This document shows positions 1 through 7,102 of a stretch of DNA of 10,561 nt, piece after piece. The DNA is taken from assembly GCA_046758365.1 (NCBI GenBank), contig JBHIAC010000117.1, positions 1 to 10,561 of the forward strand, in the 5' to 3' direction. The notes below the pieces were generated by a model. That model searched no databases, was not told where the DNA came from, and saw nothing but the letters and a program-made list of their open reading frames with translations. Source of the stretch: a bacterium (GTDB lineage Bacteria > Zhuqueibacterota > Zhuqueibacteria > Oceanimicrobiales > Oceanimicrobiaceae). The position numbers and the translations under genes were made by a program. How positions within the stretch are numbered: the first letter of the stretch is position 1; each line of letters opens with the position of its first letter.

Positions 1-973
1 CGTCTTGATGAGCTTGGTGAAATCGTTCGGGCATGATTAGAGTAAGCGGCTGGCCGACGACTTCATCAGCAGAATAGCCAAACATAGTTTCGGCTGAAGA
101 ATTCCAAAAAACGATGTTCCCGACGTGGTCAGTCGTGATAATAGCATCGCTTGCGGTTTGTGCTACCGAACGGAAGCGCTCCTCACTGTTCGCCAAGGAT
201 TCCAACGTCCGGCTGTCAAGGAGCGCAACCGCGGCAAGCTCACCAAATGCCGAAGCCATACGTGCATCATTTTCAGTGAAACCTCCTGATTTGTTAGCTA
301 TACCGAGTAATCCTACGACTTTCCCCTTAATCACCATCGGGGCAAATAAGACATTGTCAAGGGTTACATGCTCGGTCGGCATATACTTCGCCCATTGACT
401 TTTCGAGAAGTCGTTGTGATAGACTGCCTTGCCGGTACGGTAAGCTTCTGCACGCAGTCCACGGATGGGCATCGGGAGTGAAGGGTCAACCGCGCAAGGA
501 CGCCCCCCCGAGTCCAAAAACAGAACTTCATTTTGGGTGCCATCTTTGCTCAACACGGCAACGTATCCGGCAGTAGCTCCAATTAAATTCTTGCAGGAAT
601 CGAATAGTGCTCGAGCTGCATCCTGAAAGTCGCGAGTCTCCAAAACGGTGCGGGAGCCTTCTAGCAGCGCTGAAATTTCCGCCTGGCGCTGTCGTGATGC
701 TTCGAGCGCATGACACAGCGCCTCCTCCACGCGCTTGCGCTCAGTGATAACAAATTGGCAGTAAACACTGAATACAAAAAGAATACCCCCGATCAACAAT
801 CGCATCCAGATTTCATGTGGACTTGGGGTGAGTAGATGCTTAATAAAATCGCCATTATTTAAGAAAAAAGCATGTAAAGTGGATTCAAAAAGCCAAAAGA
901 TTAGCCCAAGTCCAATTCCCAGTAATATCATTTTATCTGGAATCCTGATAATTGGGCTTTTTTCATTCATCAT
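1..973 (-). CDS. Membrane-anchored signal transduction protein (2 TM + GAF + PAS), 3' partial; output domain (kinase or cyclase) lies outside the window
   Basis: Manual translation is open from ATG 973 to the left edge (324 codons): MMNEKSPIIRIPDKMILLGIGLGLIFWLFES...HEIWMRLLIGGILFVFSVYCQFVITERKRVEEAL...; GAF-like DNVLFAPMVIKGKVVGLLGIANKSGGFTENDARMASAFGELAAVAL; PAS EERFRSVAQTASDAIITTDHVGNIVFWNSSAETMFGYSADEVVGQPLTLIMPERFHQAHQD. SD-like AGGGGG just upstream. Confidence 0.93.
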   Translation of the reverse strand, partial: MMNEKSPIIRIPDKMILLGIGLGLIFWLFESTLHAFFLNNGDFIKHLLTPSPHEIWMRLLIGGILFVFSVYCQFVITERKRVEEALCHALEASRQRQAEISALLEGSRTVLETRDFQDAARALFDSCKNLIGATAGYVAVLSKDGTQNEVLFLDSGGRPCAVDPSLPMPIRGLRAEAYRTGKAVYHNDFSKSQWAKYMPTEHVTLDNVLFAPMVIKGKVVGLLGIANKSGGFTENDARMASAFGELAAVALLDSRTLESLANSEERFRSVAQTASDAIITTDHVGNIVFWNSSAETMFGYSADEVVGQPLTLIMPERFHQAHQD

Positions 974-1191
974 GCACCCCCTACTGTCAGAGTGTTTTCA
1001 ATGTTGTTAGTTCTGTTTCAGTCTCATTACTGTGGGGAGATATAGATTGTGCCTTATCGGTTTGTGGTATCGGATGGTTAGGATTTGTACTTTTTCTAAA
1101 TATTATAAAAAATCGAAGATGTAGAGCCTCTGAGCTAATTTGTAATTTCGTATTATAAATAAAATCGTATTACGGGACTCTCCCCACGTTA

Positions 1192-1232
1192 AGTATAACA
1201 AAAATATATAAAAAAAATTAGAAAAAAGTCAA
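1192..1232 (-). promoter_or_regulatory. Putative sigma70-type promoter for the sensor gene
   Basis: TTGACT (1232-1227)-N18-TATATT (1208-1203), followed by an extended -10-like TGtTATACT (1200-1192). Similar TTGnnn/TATATT pairs occur at 6463-6491 and 8842-8870. Confidence 0.5.
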
Positions 1233-1535
1233 TTAATTTTTTGTAATTAACTTATAAAGAATAATCCAAGGTCAAAGCAAAAAGAAATTTCGAATTGATT
1301 TAATAAGTTTAAGCACTGAATTTGTTGTTAAAGTGGCATGACATTTTAGTGCAAAAGTATGCTGAACTTGAAAAATGTTTGAATTCAATTTTTAAGTTTT
1401 CTACTTTAGAAATGAATAATTATTTGAGTTCGGGGTATCATTTTACAAGAATTGAGCTAATTCCATATAATAAATTAAACATTTTATGCAGAATAAACAA
1501 CATATTCTATTCCTGGCTCACAGAGATCATTGAGT

Positions 1536-2135
1536 ATGAACAAGTGTGAAGAGACCGTCCAGTTCCCTGGGTCATTTACTGGATTTGACGAAAGAGATAT
1601 AATTCTACGGTGTCAACAAGGGGATAAAAAAGCTTATGGTCTCTTGGTTAAAAAGTACATGAAGCGTGCTTATTATACTGCATTGGGGCTTGTGGGAACT
1701 CAAGAAGATGCTCTTGATTTATCTCAAGAAGCCTTTGTTCGGGCCTATCGAGCTATTAATAAACTGGATGTGGATCGCAAATTTTTTACTTGGTACTATC
1801 AAATATTGAGGCATCTCTGCTTCAACTTCCTTCGCGACCGCGCCCGACACACACGCTCATTTTCAGAGGTAGGAGAAAATTGGCTTAACCAAATTCCCGA
1901 TGGTAATCAAGATGCATCCAGGTTAGTTGAACAAGAAGAAATGAAAGAGGTTGTTTGGAAAGCCTTGACTTCGCTGAAAGAGCATGAGCGGGAAATCATT
2001 ATTTTGAAAGAATTTCAGGGAATGTCCTATAAAAAAATTGCGGGGCTGCTGGATTGTCCTTTAGGCACCGTGATGTCCAGACTTTACAGCGCCAGGAAAG
2101 CAATACGGACAAAACTTGAGGGATATTTTTCATGA
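1536..2135 (+). CDS. ECF (sigma70 group 4) RNA polymerase sigma factor
   Basis: Region 2 DALDLSQEAFVRAYRAI...FFTWYYQILRHLCFNFLR; region 4 LKEHEREIIILKEFQGMSYKKIAGLLDCPLGTVMSRLYSARKAIR. ATG 1536 preferred over TTG 1530. Confidence 0.95.
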   Translation: MNKCEETVQFPGSFTGFDERDIILRCQQGDKKAYGLLVKKYMKRAYYTALGLVGTQEDALDLSQEAFVRAYRAINKLDVDRKFFTWYYQILRHLCFNFLRDRARHTRSFSEVGENWLNQIPDGNQDASRLVEQEEMKEVVWKALTSLKEHEREIIILKEFQGMSYKKIAGLLDCPLGTVMSRLYSARKAIRTKLEGYFS

Positions 2136-2599
2136 ATGTTCAAATGACGAAGTCAGAACGGGAAAAATTCAAAAATATGCTTATGAAATCAGTTGATGAG
2201 GAACTAAGCCCAAAAGAACAGGCTGAGTTTGACAGCTTTGTAAATAAATATCCTGAATGTCAAAAAGAGTGGCAAAAGCATAAAAAACTAAAGGAGGTGA
2301 CTAAAACTATGAAATTCAAATCCCCACCTGCTGAAGTCTGGGATAATTATTGGGTGAATGTGTACAACCGCATTGAACGCGGATTTGCCTGGATCATATT
2401 TTCGATCGGGAGCATCATCCTGCTAACTTACGGCGGATTCAAGGCCGTTGAAACGATCATAGCAGACCCGCAGCTTGAGGGCATTGTAAAAGTAGGAATA
2501 TTATTTGCTATCGGTGGACTCGCTATGCTTCTGGTCTCCATAGTGCGGGAAAAATTGTTCACACGAAAATCAGATCCTTATAAGGAGGTACAAAGATGA
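2132..2599 (+). CDS. Putative anti-sigma factor (degenerate zf-HC2/ZAS-like N-terminus, two C-terminal TM helices)
   Basis: ATGA overlap with the sigma stop. N-terminal VDEELSPKEQAEFDSFVNKYPECQKEW resembles the ZAS helix pair. Hydrophobic segments GFAWIIFSIGSIILLTYGGF and VGILFAIGGLAMLLVSIV. Alternative start at ATG 2144. Confidence 0.8.
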   Translation: MNVQMTKSEREKFKNMLMKSVDEELSPKEQAEFDSFVNKYPECQKEWQKHKKLKEVTKTMKFKSPPAEVWDNYWVNVYNRIERGFAWIIFSIGSIILLTYGGFKAVETIIADPQLEGIVKVGILFAIGGLAMLLVSIVREKLFTRKSDPYKEVQR

Positions 2600-2910
2600 T
2601 TGTAGTGACTTCAAGTTCATTCGCAGGTAAGAAAATAGTCAAGACCCTTGGCCTTGTGAAAGGCAACACCATTCGTGCCCGGCACTTGGGTAAGGATATA
2701 ATTGCAGGATTAAAAAATTTGGTTGGTGGTGAAATCGAAGAGTACACTAAACTCATGGCCGAAGCCCGGGAACAGGCCATAGACCGTATGAAAGTTGTCG
2801 CAGAGCAAATGGGCGCCAATGCCATTATTGATGTGCGTTTTAGCACTAGTTATATTATGGGTATGGCTTCAGAGATTTTGGTTTATGGGACAGCCGTGCT
2901 GGTTGAATGA
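2596..2910 (+). CDS. ybjQ: YbjQ / UPF0145 family (putative heavy-metal-binding) protein
   Basis: Family-typical sequence LGLVKGNTIRARHLGKDIIAGLKNLVGGEIEEYTKLMAEAREQAIDRM...GANAIIDVRF...EILVYGTAV. SD AAGGAGG at 2582-2588 and ATGA overlap with the upstream gene. Confidence 0.95.
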   Translation: MIVVTSSSFAGKKIVKTLGLVKGNTIRARHLGKDIIAGLKNLVGGEIEEYTKLMAEAREQAIDRMKVVAEQMGANAIIDVRFSTSYIMGMASEILVYGTAVLVE

Positions 2911-3087
2911 AATTATGAAACATATTTGACGTAGGTGCAAAATTAAATAAATCTTGTAACATCAAGGAGGTTTTTGTATATTGTTAATTATAGCATGATA
3001 TTTCTTATCACTCAGTACCATAAGCAAAATCTTCTCTTCGATTTGGAAATGAATATTTTTAATTGAAAAATCTAGTGGGTTAAAACC

Positions 3088-3669
3088 ATGAAAGTAAAAG
3101 AAACTTCCTTGAACTACCTCACTCAGAAAAAAATTTATACCTACCAAGATTACTTGAACCTGCCCGAAGATGATAAACGCTATGAAATTATTAATGGAGA
3201 ACTTGTTATGGTTCCAGCACCATCAACAAATCATCAAGATATAGGATTAAATATTAAATATGAGTTAAAAAGGTTTATTGAAAAATATAAGGTTGGAAAG
3301 ATTTATGATGCACCCACAGATGTCGTGCTGAGTGAAACCAATGTGGTGCAGCCGGACATTCTTTTTATCACCAAGGATCATTACGATATTATTACGGAAA
3401 AAAATATCACAGGGGCACCGGATTTAATCATTGAAATTCTATCCCCTTCCACAGGTTATTATGACCTGATCGAGAAAAAAGAAATTTATGAAAAGTTTGG
3501 GGTGCGGGAATATTGTATCGTGGATCCTAAAAAGCAGTGGGTTGAAATTTACACCAACAAGGCCAATAAGTTTGCCTTAAAACAGCGATTGGAAAAAGCA
3601 GGTGTGCTTGAATCCTGGGTATTGCGGGGATTTCAGCTAGGAATGGAAAAAATATTTGTGTTAGAATAA
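3088..3669 (+). CDS. Uma2 family (DUF820) PD-(D/E)XK endonuclease-fold protein
   Basis: YTYQDYLNLPEDDKRYEIINGEL, VQPDILFI, GAPDLIIEILSPST, KKEIYEKFGVREYCIVDP. Confidence 0.93.
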   Translation: MKVKETSLNYLTQKKIYTYQDYLNLPEDDKRYEIINGELVMVPAPSTNHQDIGLNIKYELKRFIEKYKVGKIYDAPTDVVLSETNVVQPDILFITKDHYDIITEKNITGAPDLIIEILSPSTGYYDLIEKKEIYEKFGVREYCIVDPKKQWVEIYTNKANKFALKQRLEKAGVLESWVLRGFQLGMEKIFVLE

Positions 3670-3921
3670 TTTACCCCGGAGTCTCAAAGTGACCAGAGTT
3701 TTTTGTTAATGAAAATTGTCTTGGAATAATAGGCTAAAATACATTGCCGATATAAAATTAATTTAACATGAAGGAAACAAAGAAAAGAATGATGCTAAGA
3801 GTTTATCACAAATTTTGCATTAACCACAAGACACTAAGACACAAAATTCTAATTTTTAGAAAGATAAAAGGAAAAATATAATATTTTGGCTTCACTTTTT
3901 TAATTCAAATTTTATTCTTTT

Positions 3922-4341
3922 TTAATACAATTGATAAAGCATTAAGTATACCGTAACGCCCGTAACCGAAACGTACAACCAAAGGGGCAGCGCCCAGCGG
4001 GCGATTTTTTTGTGTTTGTCGAAGCGTTCCTTTAGCGCACGAGTGAGTGTAATAATTGCCAAGGGTACAATGACCCCAGCTAAAATGGTGTGACTTATCA
4101 AGATGGTAAAATAAACCGGTCGAATCCAACCTTCTCCCGTGAAAGGTTTAGAACCGATATTGTAGTGATAAATGAGATAAGAGACTAAAAATAGAATTGA
4201 GGTTGCGAATGCAGAAAGCATGCAAAATTTGTGAGCGATTATTTTTTTCTTGCGAATAAAAAAATAGCCCACACTCAGAAAGCAGGCGCTTATCCCATTT
4301 AACGTGGCATTGACTGTGGGTAAATCTGAAAGGGTCATCAC
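3922..4341 (-). CDS. DUF420 family membrane protein (CtaM/YozB-like oxidase assembly factor)
   Basis: LPTVNATLNGIS, HKFCMLSAF..S.LFLVSYLIYHY, YFTILISHTILA, HKKIARWALPLWLYVSVTGVTVYLMLY. Lies directly downstream of ctaB. Start is GTG 4341 or ATG 4338. Confidence 0.92.
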   Translation of the reverse strand: MMTLSDLPTVNATLNGISACFLSVGYFFIRKKKIIAHKFCMLSAFATSILFLVSYLIYHYNIGSKPFTGEGWIRPVYFTILISHTILAGVIVPLAIITLTRALKERFDKHKKIARWALPLWLYVSVTGVTVYLMLYQLY

Positions 4342-4367
4342 GTAGCTTCTTTTATATTCAATAAATA

Positions 4368-5249
4368 TTATAAACCAATCTTATCAATTGACATTAAAGC
4401 TAAAAGCACAGGGAGATAAATTATTGAAGCCTGAAGTAACCTTCTTGCACAAAAATTTGATCTCAAAATTGCCACACGCACTCCTGAAGCTAAATATCCC
4501 AATCCCAGGAGTAACGCCCCGACAAAATAGAAACGGCCCGTTAATCCTAACAGAGTAGGGAGTAAACTCACCGACAAAAGAGCCAGGCAATGGACGATGA
4601 TATGCATACTTGTTAACGCGCCATTTCCATCAATCACAGGCAGGACTGGAAATTTACCCCGGATATAATCGGCCCGATACACCCAGGCAATGGCCAAAAA
4701 GTGAGGGATTTGCCAAAAAAATAAAATGGCGAAAAGCACCCAGGCTTCCACGCCGATATCACCCCGAGCAGCAGCCCAGCCACCCATGGGTGGAATAGCG
4801 CCCGAGATAGCTCCGATAACCGTTGAAAGTGAAGTTTTGCGTTTCATTGGGGTATAAAGGAAAACGTAACTTCCTAATGTTAAGGTAGCTAAGAGTCCAG
4901 TCAAAAGATTGACGGTTAGGCAAAGGTAAAGTATACCTACCAGCGAAATGATGCTCCCGAAGAATTGCGCTTGACTCGGTTGTAGTCTCCCAGCAGGCAG
5001 AGGACGTTTCCTGGTCCTTTTCATGCGGGCATCAATTTCCCGTTCGAGCAATTGGTTCAAAGCATTAGTACCGCCTGCAACGAAACAGGTTCCAAGTATG
5101 GTATTGACTAATAAAATGAAGTCTAAGGATTTTTGAGAACCCAAATAGAATCCAGCCAGTGTAGAGAGTAATACCATGAACGTGACCCCTGGCTTTGTAA
5201 GTTCATAATAATCCAATAATTGAGATAAGAATTTGTTTTTTCCCATCAT
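4368..5249 (-). CDS. ctaB: Heme o synthase (protoheme IX farnesyltransferase, CtaB/CyoE)
   Basis: YELTKPGV, NQLLEREIDARMKRTRKRPLPAG, YTPMKRKT, GAIPPMGGWAA, FWQIPHFLAIAWVYRADY. Confidence 0.97.
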   Translation of the reverse strand: MMGKNKFLSQLLDYYELTKPGVTFMVLLSTLAGFYLGSQKSLDFILLVNTILGTCFVAGGTNALNQLLEREIDARMKRTRKRPLPAGRLQPSQAQFFGSIISLVGILYLCLTVNLLTGLLATLTLGSYVFLYTPMKRKTSLSTVIGAISGAIPPMGGWAAARGDIGVEAWVLFAILFFWQIPHFLAIAWVYRADYIRGKFPVLPVIDGNGALTSMHIIVHCLALLSVSLLPTLLGLTGRFYFVGALLLGLGYLASGVRVAILRSNFCARRLLQASIIYLPVLLALMSIDKIGL

Positions 5250-5251
5250 TT

Positions 5252-6223
5252 TTAAGTTGGTGCTTGTTTGGTTAAAATATAATTATGGGTAATTAATTCT
5301 ACAAATCGAAAGGCTCGGAGACTAAGAAATAAACTTGTTCCCAAAATAAACGCTCCTGTCGCCACATGGGCTGTGGTAGGTATGACAGCTTTTTTAGTCC
5401 AGATGGTAAAGCCAGCTAAAAGAATTTGTACAAATAATGTTCCAATTAATATCAAGGCAGGCCGCATGAGCCTGGTTTGATTTTTATGAAATCTGAGAAT
5501 ATGTATGAAAGTCCACATAATGAATATGCTGACAACTAAGGCTCCGACACGATGGAGAAAATGTATCGCAATCTGTTGGGAGACAAGAGGTGGAATAATT
5601 TTTCCGAAAGCCAATGGGAAATCAGGAATGGCCAGTCCCGCACCCATGTGTCGCATCATGGCTCCAAGAATTAGTTGTCCAAAAATCACGGCGGTTGTAA
5701 TTAAAGTCAACGACTGTAAAGATGGCTGTGCAGACTCAATAATTTTCGGCCTGGGGCTAAGCCACTCTTTAGAAGTAAACATTGCTAAACTGATGGTCAT
5801 GCCGAAAAAAGTTTGTGCGATGCAGCCATGAGCAACAGAAACAGGTGTCGGAAGCTTAAAGAGCACTGTGATACCCCCCAATACGCCTTGTAAAATAACC
5901 GCAAGCAAAGCCCCTAATCCAAACCATCGCACCCAACGGCGTGAATCTTTGATCCAGAGCCAAATGGTTAAAATCACCGTTAGAAACCCTACTACGGTAG
6001 CCACCATGCGGTGCCCGTGTTCGTAGAGAATACCACCCACCATTTTTGAGAACGGGAAGGAGAACATGAAATGACCGTAAGTGTTGGGCCAATCGGGTAC
6101 TGCCAAACCGGAACCCGTGCTGGTAACCATCCCCCCTACGAAAATTAAAATAAATGTGGCTCCAACCACGAGTTTAGCCCAGCGATGAAGCCAGATATTA
6201 TGGGAATTTTCATAATTTCTCAT
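5252..6223 (-). CDS. ctaA: Heme a synthase (CtaA/COX15 family)
   Basis: GGMVTSTGSGLAVPDWP, EHGHR, HGCIAQ, HFLHR, HVATGA (the four conserved His positions). About 8 TM segments; stop is 2 nt from the ctaB start. Confidence 0.95.
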   Translation of the reverse strand: MRNYENSHNIWLHRWAKLVVGATFILIFVGGMVTSTGSGLAVPDWPNTYGHFMFSFPFSKMVGGILYEHGHRMVATVVGFLTVILTIWLWIKDSRRWVRWFGLGALLAVILQGVLGGITVLFKLPTPVSVAHGCIAQTFFGMTISLAMFTSKEWLSPRPKIIESAQPSLQSLTLITTAVIFGQLILGAMMRHMGAGLAIPDFPLAFGKIIPPLVSQQIAIHFLHRVGALVVSIFIMWTFIHILRFHKNQTRLMRPALILIGTLFVQILLAGFTIWTKKAVIPTTAHVATGAFILGTSLFLSLRAFRFVELITHNYILTKQAPT

Positions 6224-6224
6224 T

Positions 6225-6413
6225 TTATTCTCTTATAAATTCTACAGAATCATTTACATTTACTATCTGCTCAACTGATTCGACTTTTGCGATTTTCTGG
6301 GTTTTTGACTCATGTGCGATACTTGTTAAATCTGGAAGGAGCGCAAAGATTAACAACGTGCAGAGAAATCGTGGCGTCAGAGTAATAATTCTCAAGGCAT
6401 ATTTCTCAAACAA
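6225..6413 (-). CDS. Possible small protein with a signal-peptide-like N-terminus, or a gene remnant, at the head of the ctaA operon
   Basis: 62-codon TTG-start ORF fills the space between the promoter (6463-6491) and ctaA and stops 1 nt before the ctaA ATG. Hydrophobic FLCTLLIFALLP followed by SIA-HE. No recognisable family. Confidence 0.35.
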   Translation of the reverse strand: MFEKYALRIITLTPRFLCTLLIFALLPDLTSIAHESKTQKIAKVESVEQIVNVNDSVEFIRE

Positions 6414-6460
6414 TAAAAGAGATAAATTTTTGTAATTAAAAATTCAAAAAATAATAGTGG

Positions 6461-6491
6461 CAAATATAAAGAAATGCTTTTAAATAAGCAA
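6461..6491 (-). promoter_or_regulatory. Putative sigma70-type promoter of the ctaA-ctaB-DUF420 operon
   Basis: TTGCTT (6491-6486)-N17-TATATT (6468-6463), continuing as TATATTTG. Confidence 0.55.
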
Positions 6492-6691
6492 GATTTTTTT
6501 ATTCTTTAATGACGCTAAGGAAAAGTTCATACGTAGGCCTAGTTTTTTGGTTGAAGGGCGCCACTAAATGGCCATAGTCCATTGATCACCTTTGAGGTCG
6601 CATGGGTGTCTCTGACTCAGCTCTCGAATAGAAAGCATCGAATTACCATCAATGTTACCCTTTCTAGTTTAAGCCTGGTGTCTACTAATTA

Positions 6692-6958
6692 TTAATGAGG
6701 GTTATGGACAAGCAAAATGTAGATATAATCTGCTCCTTTAGGGGCCCCACCTGCCCTCTTCATACCTTTTTGTAGAAAGTAGCGCTCGATATTCCGAGCA
6801 GTGCGTGGAGAGTCAGCCTTCCAATGGAGCCAGCTTAACGGATTGCCGAGTTGCGCTTTACGGCGTTTAGGGTTAACCGTTGCACCAATTTTCCAATCTG
6901 AAAATTTACCACCAACAGCTTGTTCAATTTGCTGCTTAATGGTAGGTTCTGATGCCAT
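6692..6958 (-). CDS. Small basic hypothetical protein (88 aa), GIY-YIG-like and apparently circularly permuted
   Basis: SD GGAGGG precedes ATG 6958 (MASEPTIK...), so this start is preferred over 7003. Motifs WKIGATVNPKRRKAQL, DSPRTARNIE and C-terminal YIYIL. The CDS is well supported; the fold call is inference. Confidence 0.75.
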   Translation of the reverse strand: MASEPTIKQQIEQAVGGKFSDWKIGATVNPKRRKAQLGNPLSWLHWKADSPRTARNIERYFLQKGMKRAGGAPKGADYIYILLVHNPH

Positions 6959-6997
6959 CGTGCCCTCCATGTGTTTATTTTTTAGTTTCTGATTAAT

Positions 6998-7015
6998 ATG
7001 CATGAGCTATACCAA
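6998..7015 (-). promoter_or_regulatory. Putative sigma54 (-24/-12) promoter
   Basis: TTGGTATAGCTCATGCAT has GG (7013-7012) and GC (7001-7000) exactly 10 nt apart. Predicted +1 near 6988, about 30 nt before ATG 6958. Confidence 0.55.
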
Positions 7016-7071
7016 CGTTAGTTGGTCAATTCAATAGAATTAAATATTTTTAAACCTGAATTATTCCTAAC

Positions 7072-7102
7072 GTAGCCCAAGGCTACAAACAAAAATTTTG
7101 TT
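7072..7102. promoter_or_regulatory. Two adjacent inverted repeats, candidate activator or regulator sites
   Basis: GTAGCC-caa-GGCTAC (7072-7086) and AACAAAA-a-TTTTGTT (7088-7102), about 85-115 bp upstream of the predicted sigma54 start site. Confidence 0.35.

Noticed and set aside
114..1158. Track ORFs 114..398 (+), 528..716 (-), 828..1010 (+), 952..1158 (+)
   Set aside because: Antisense or off-frame shadows of the sensor gene and its leader; no family motifs.
1334..1352. TGGCATG...TGC as a sigma54 promoter for the ECF operon (also TGGCAC near 8809, minus strand)
   Set aside because: GG-to-GC spacing is not 10 nt at the first site, and the -12 GC is missing at the second.
1364..1389. GAACTT-N15-TCAAT as an autoregulatory ECF promoter
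   Set aside because: Spacer is shorter than the usual 16 nt and the specificity of this sigma is unknown, so it cannot be supported.
1322..1549. 75-aa plus-strand ORF upstream of the sigma gene
   Set aside because: TTG start, no SD, AT-rich promoter-like DNA, no recognisable motif.
2961..2973. ATCAAGGAGGTTT is exactly complementary to 7298-7310 of the RNA candidate (possible sRNA target)
   Set aside because: A 13-nt match built around an SD core is plausible by chance in 10 kb, and this SD-like site is about 115 nt upstream of the Uma2 start with no credible ORF behind it.
2559..6992. Track ORFs 2559..2846, 2962..3147, 3905..4129, 4384..4590, 4610..4798, 5505..5831, 5856..6092, 6801..6992
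   Set aside because: All overlap better-supported genes on the opposite strand or in another frame.
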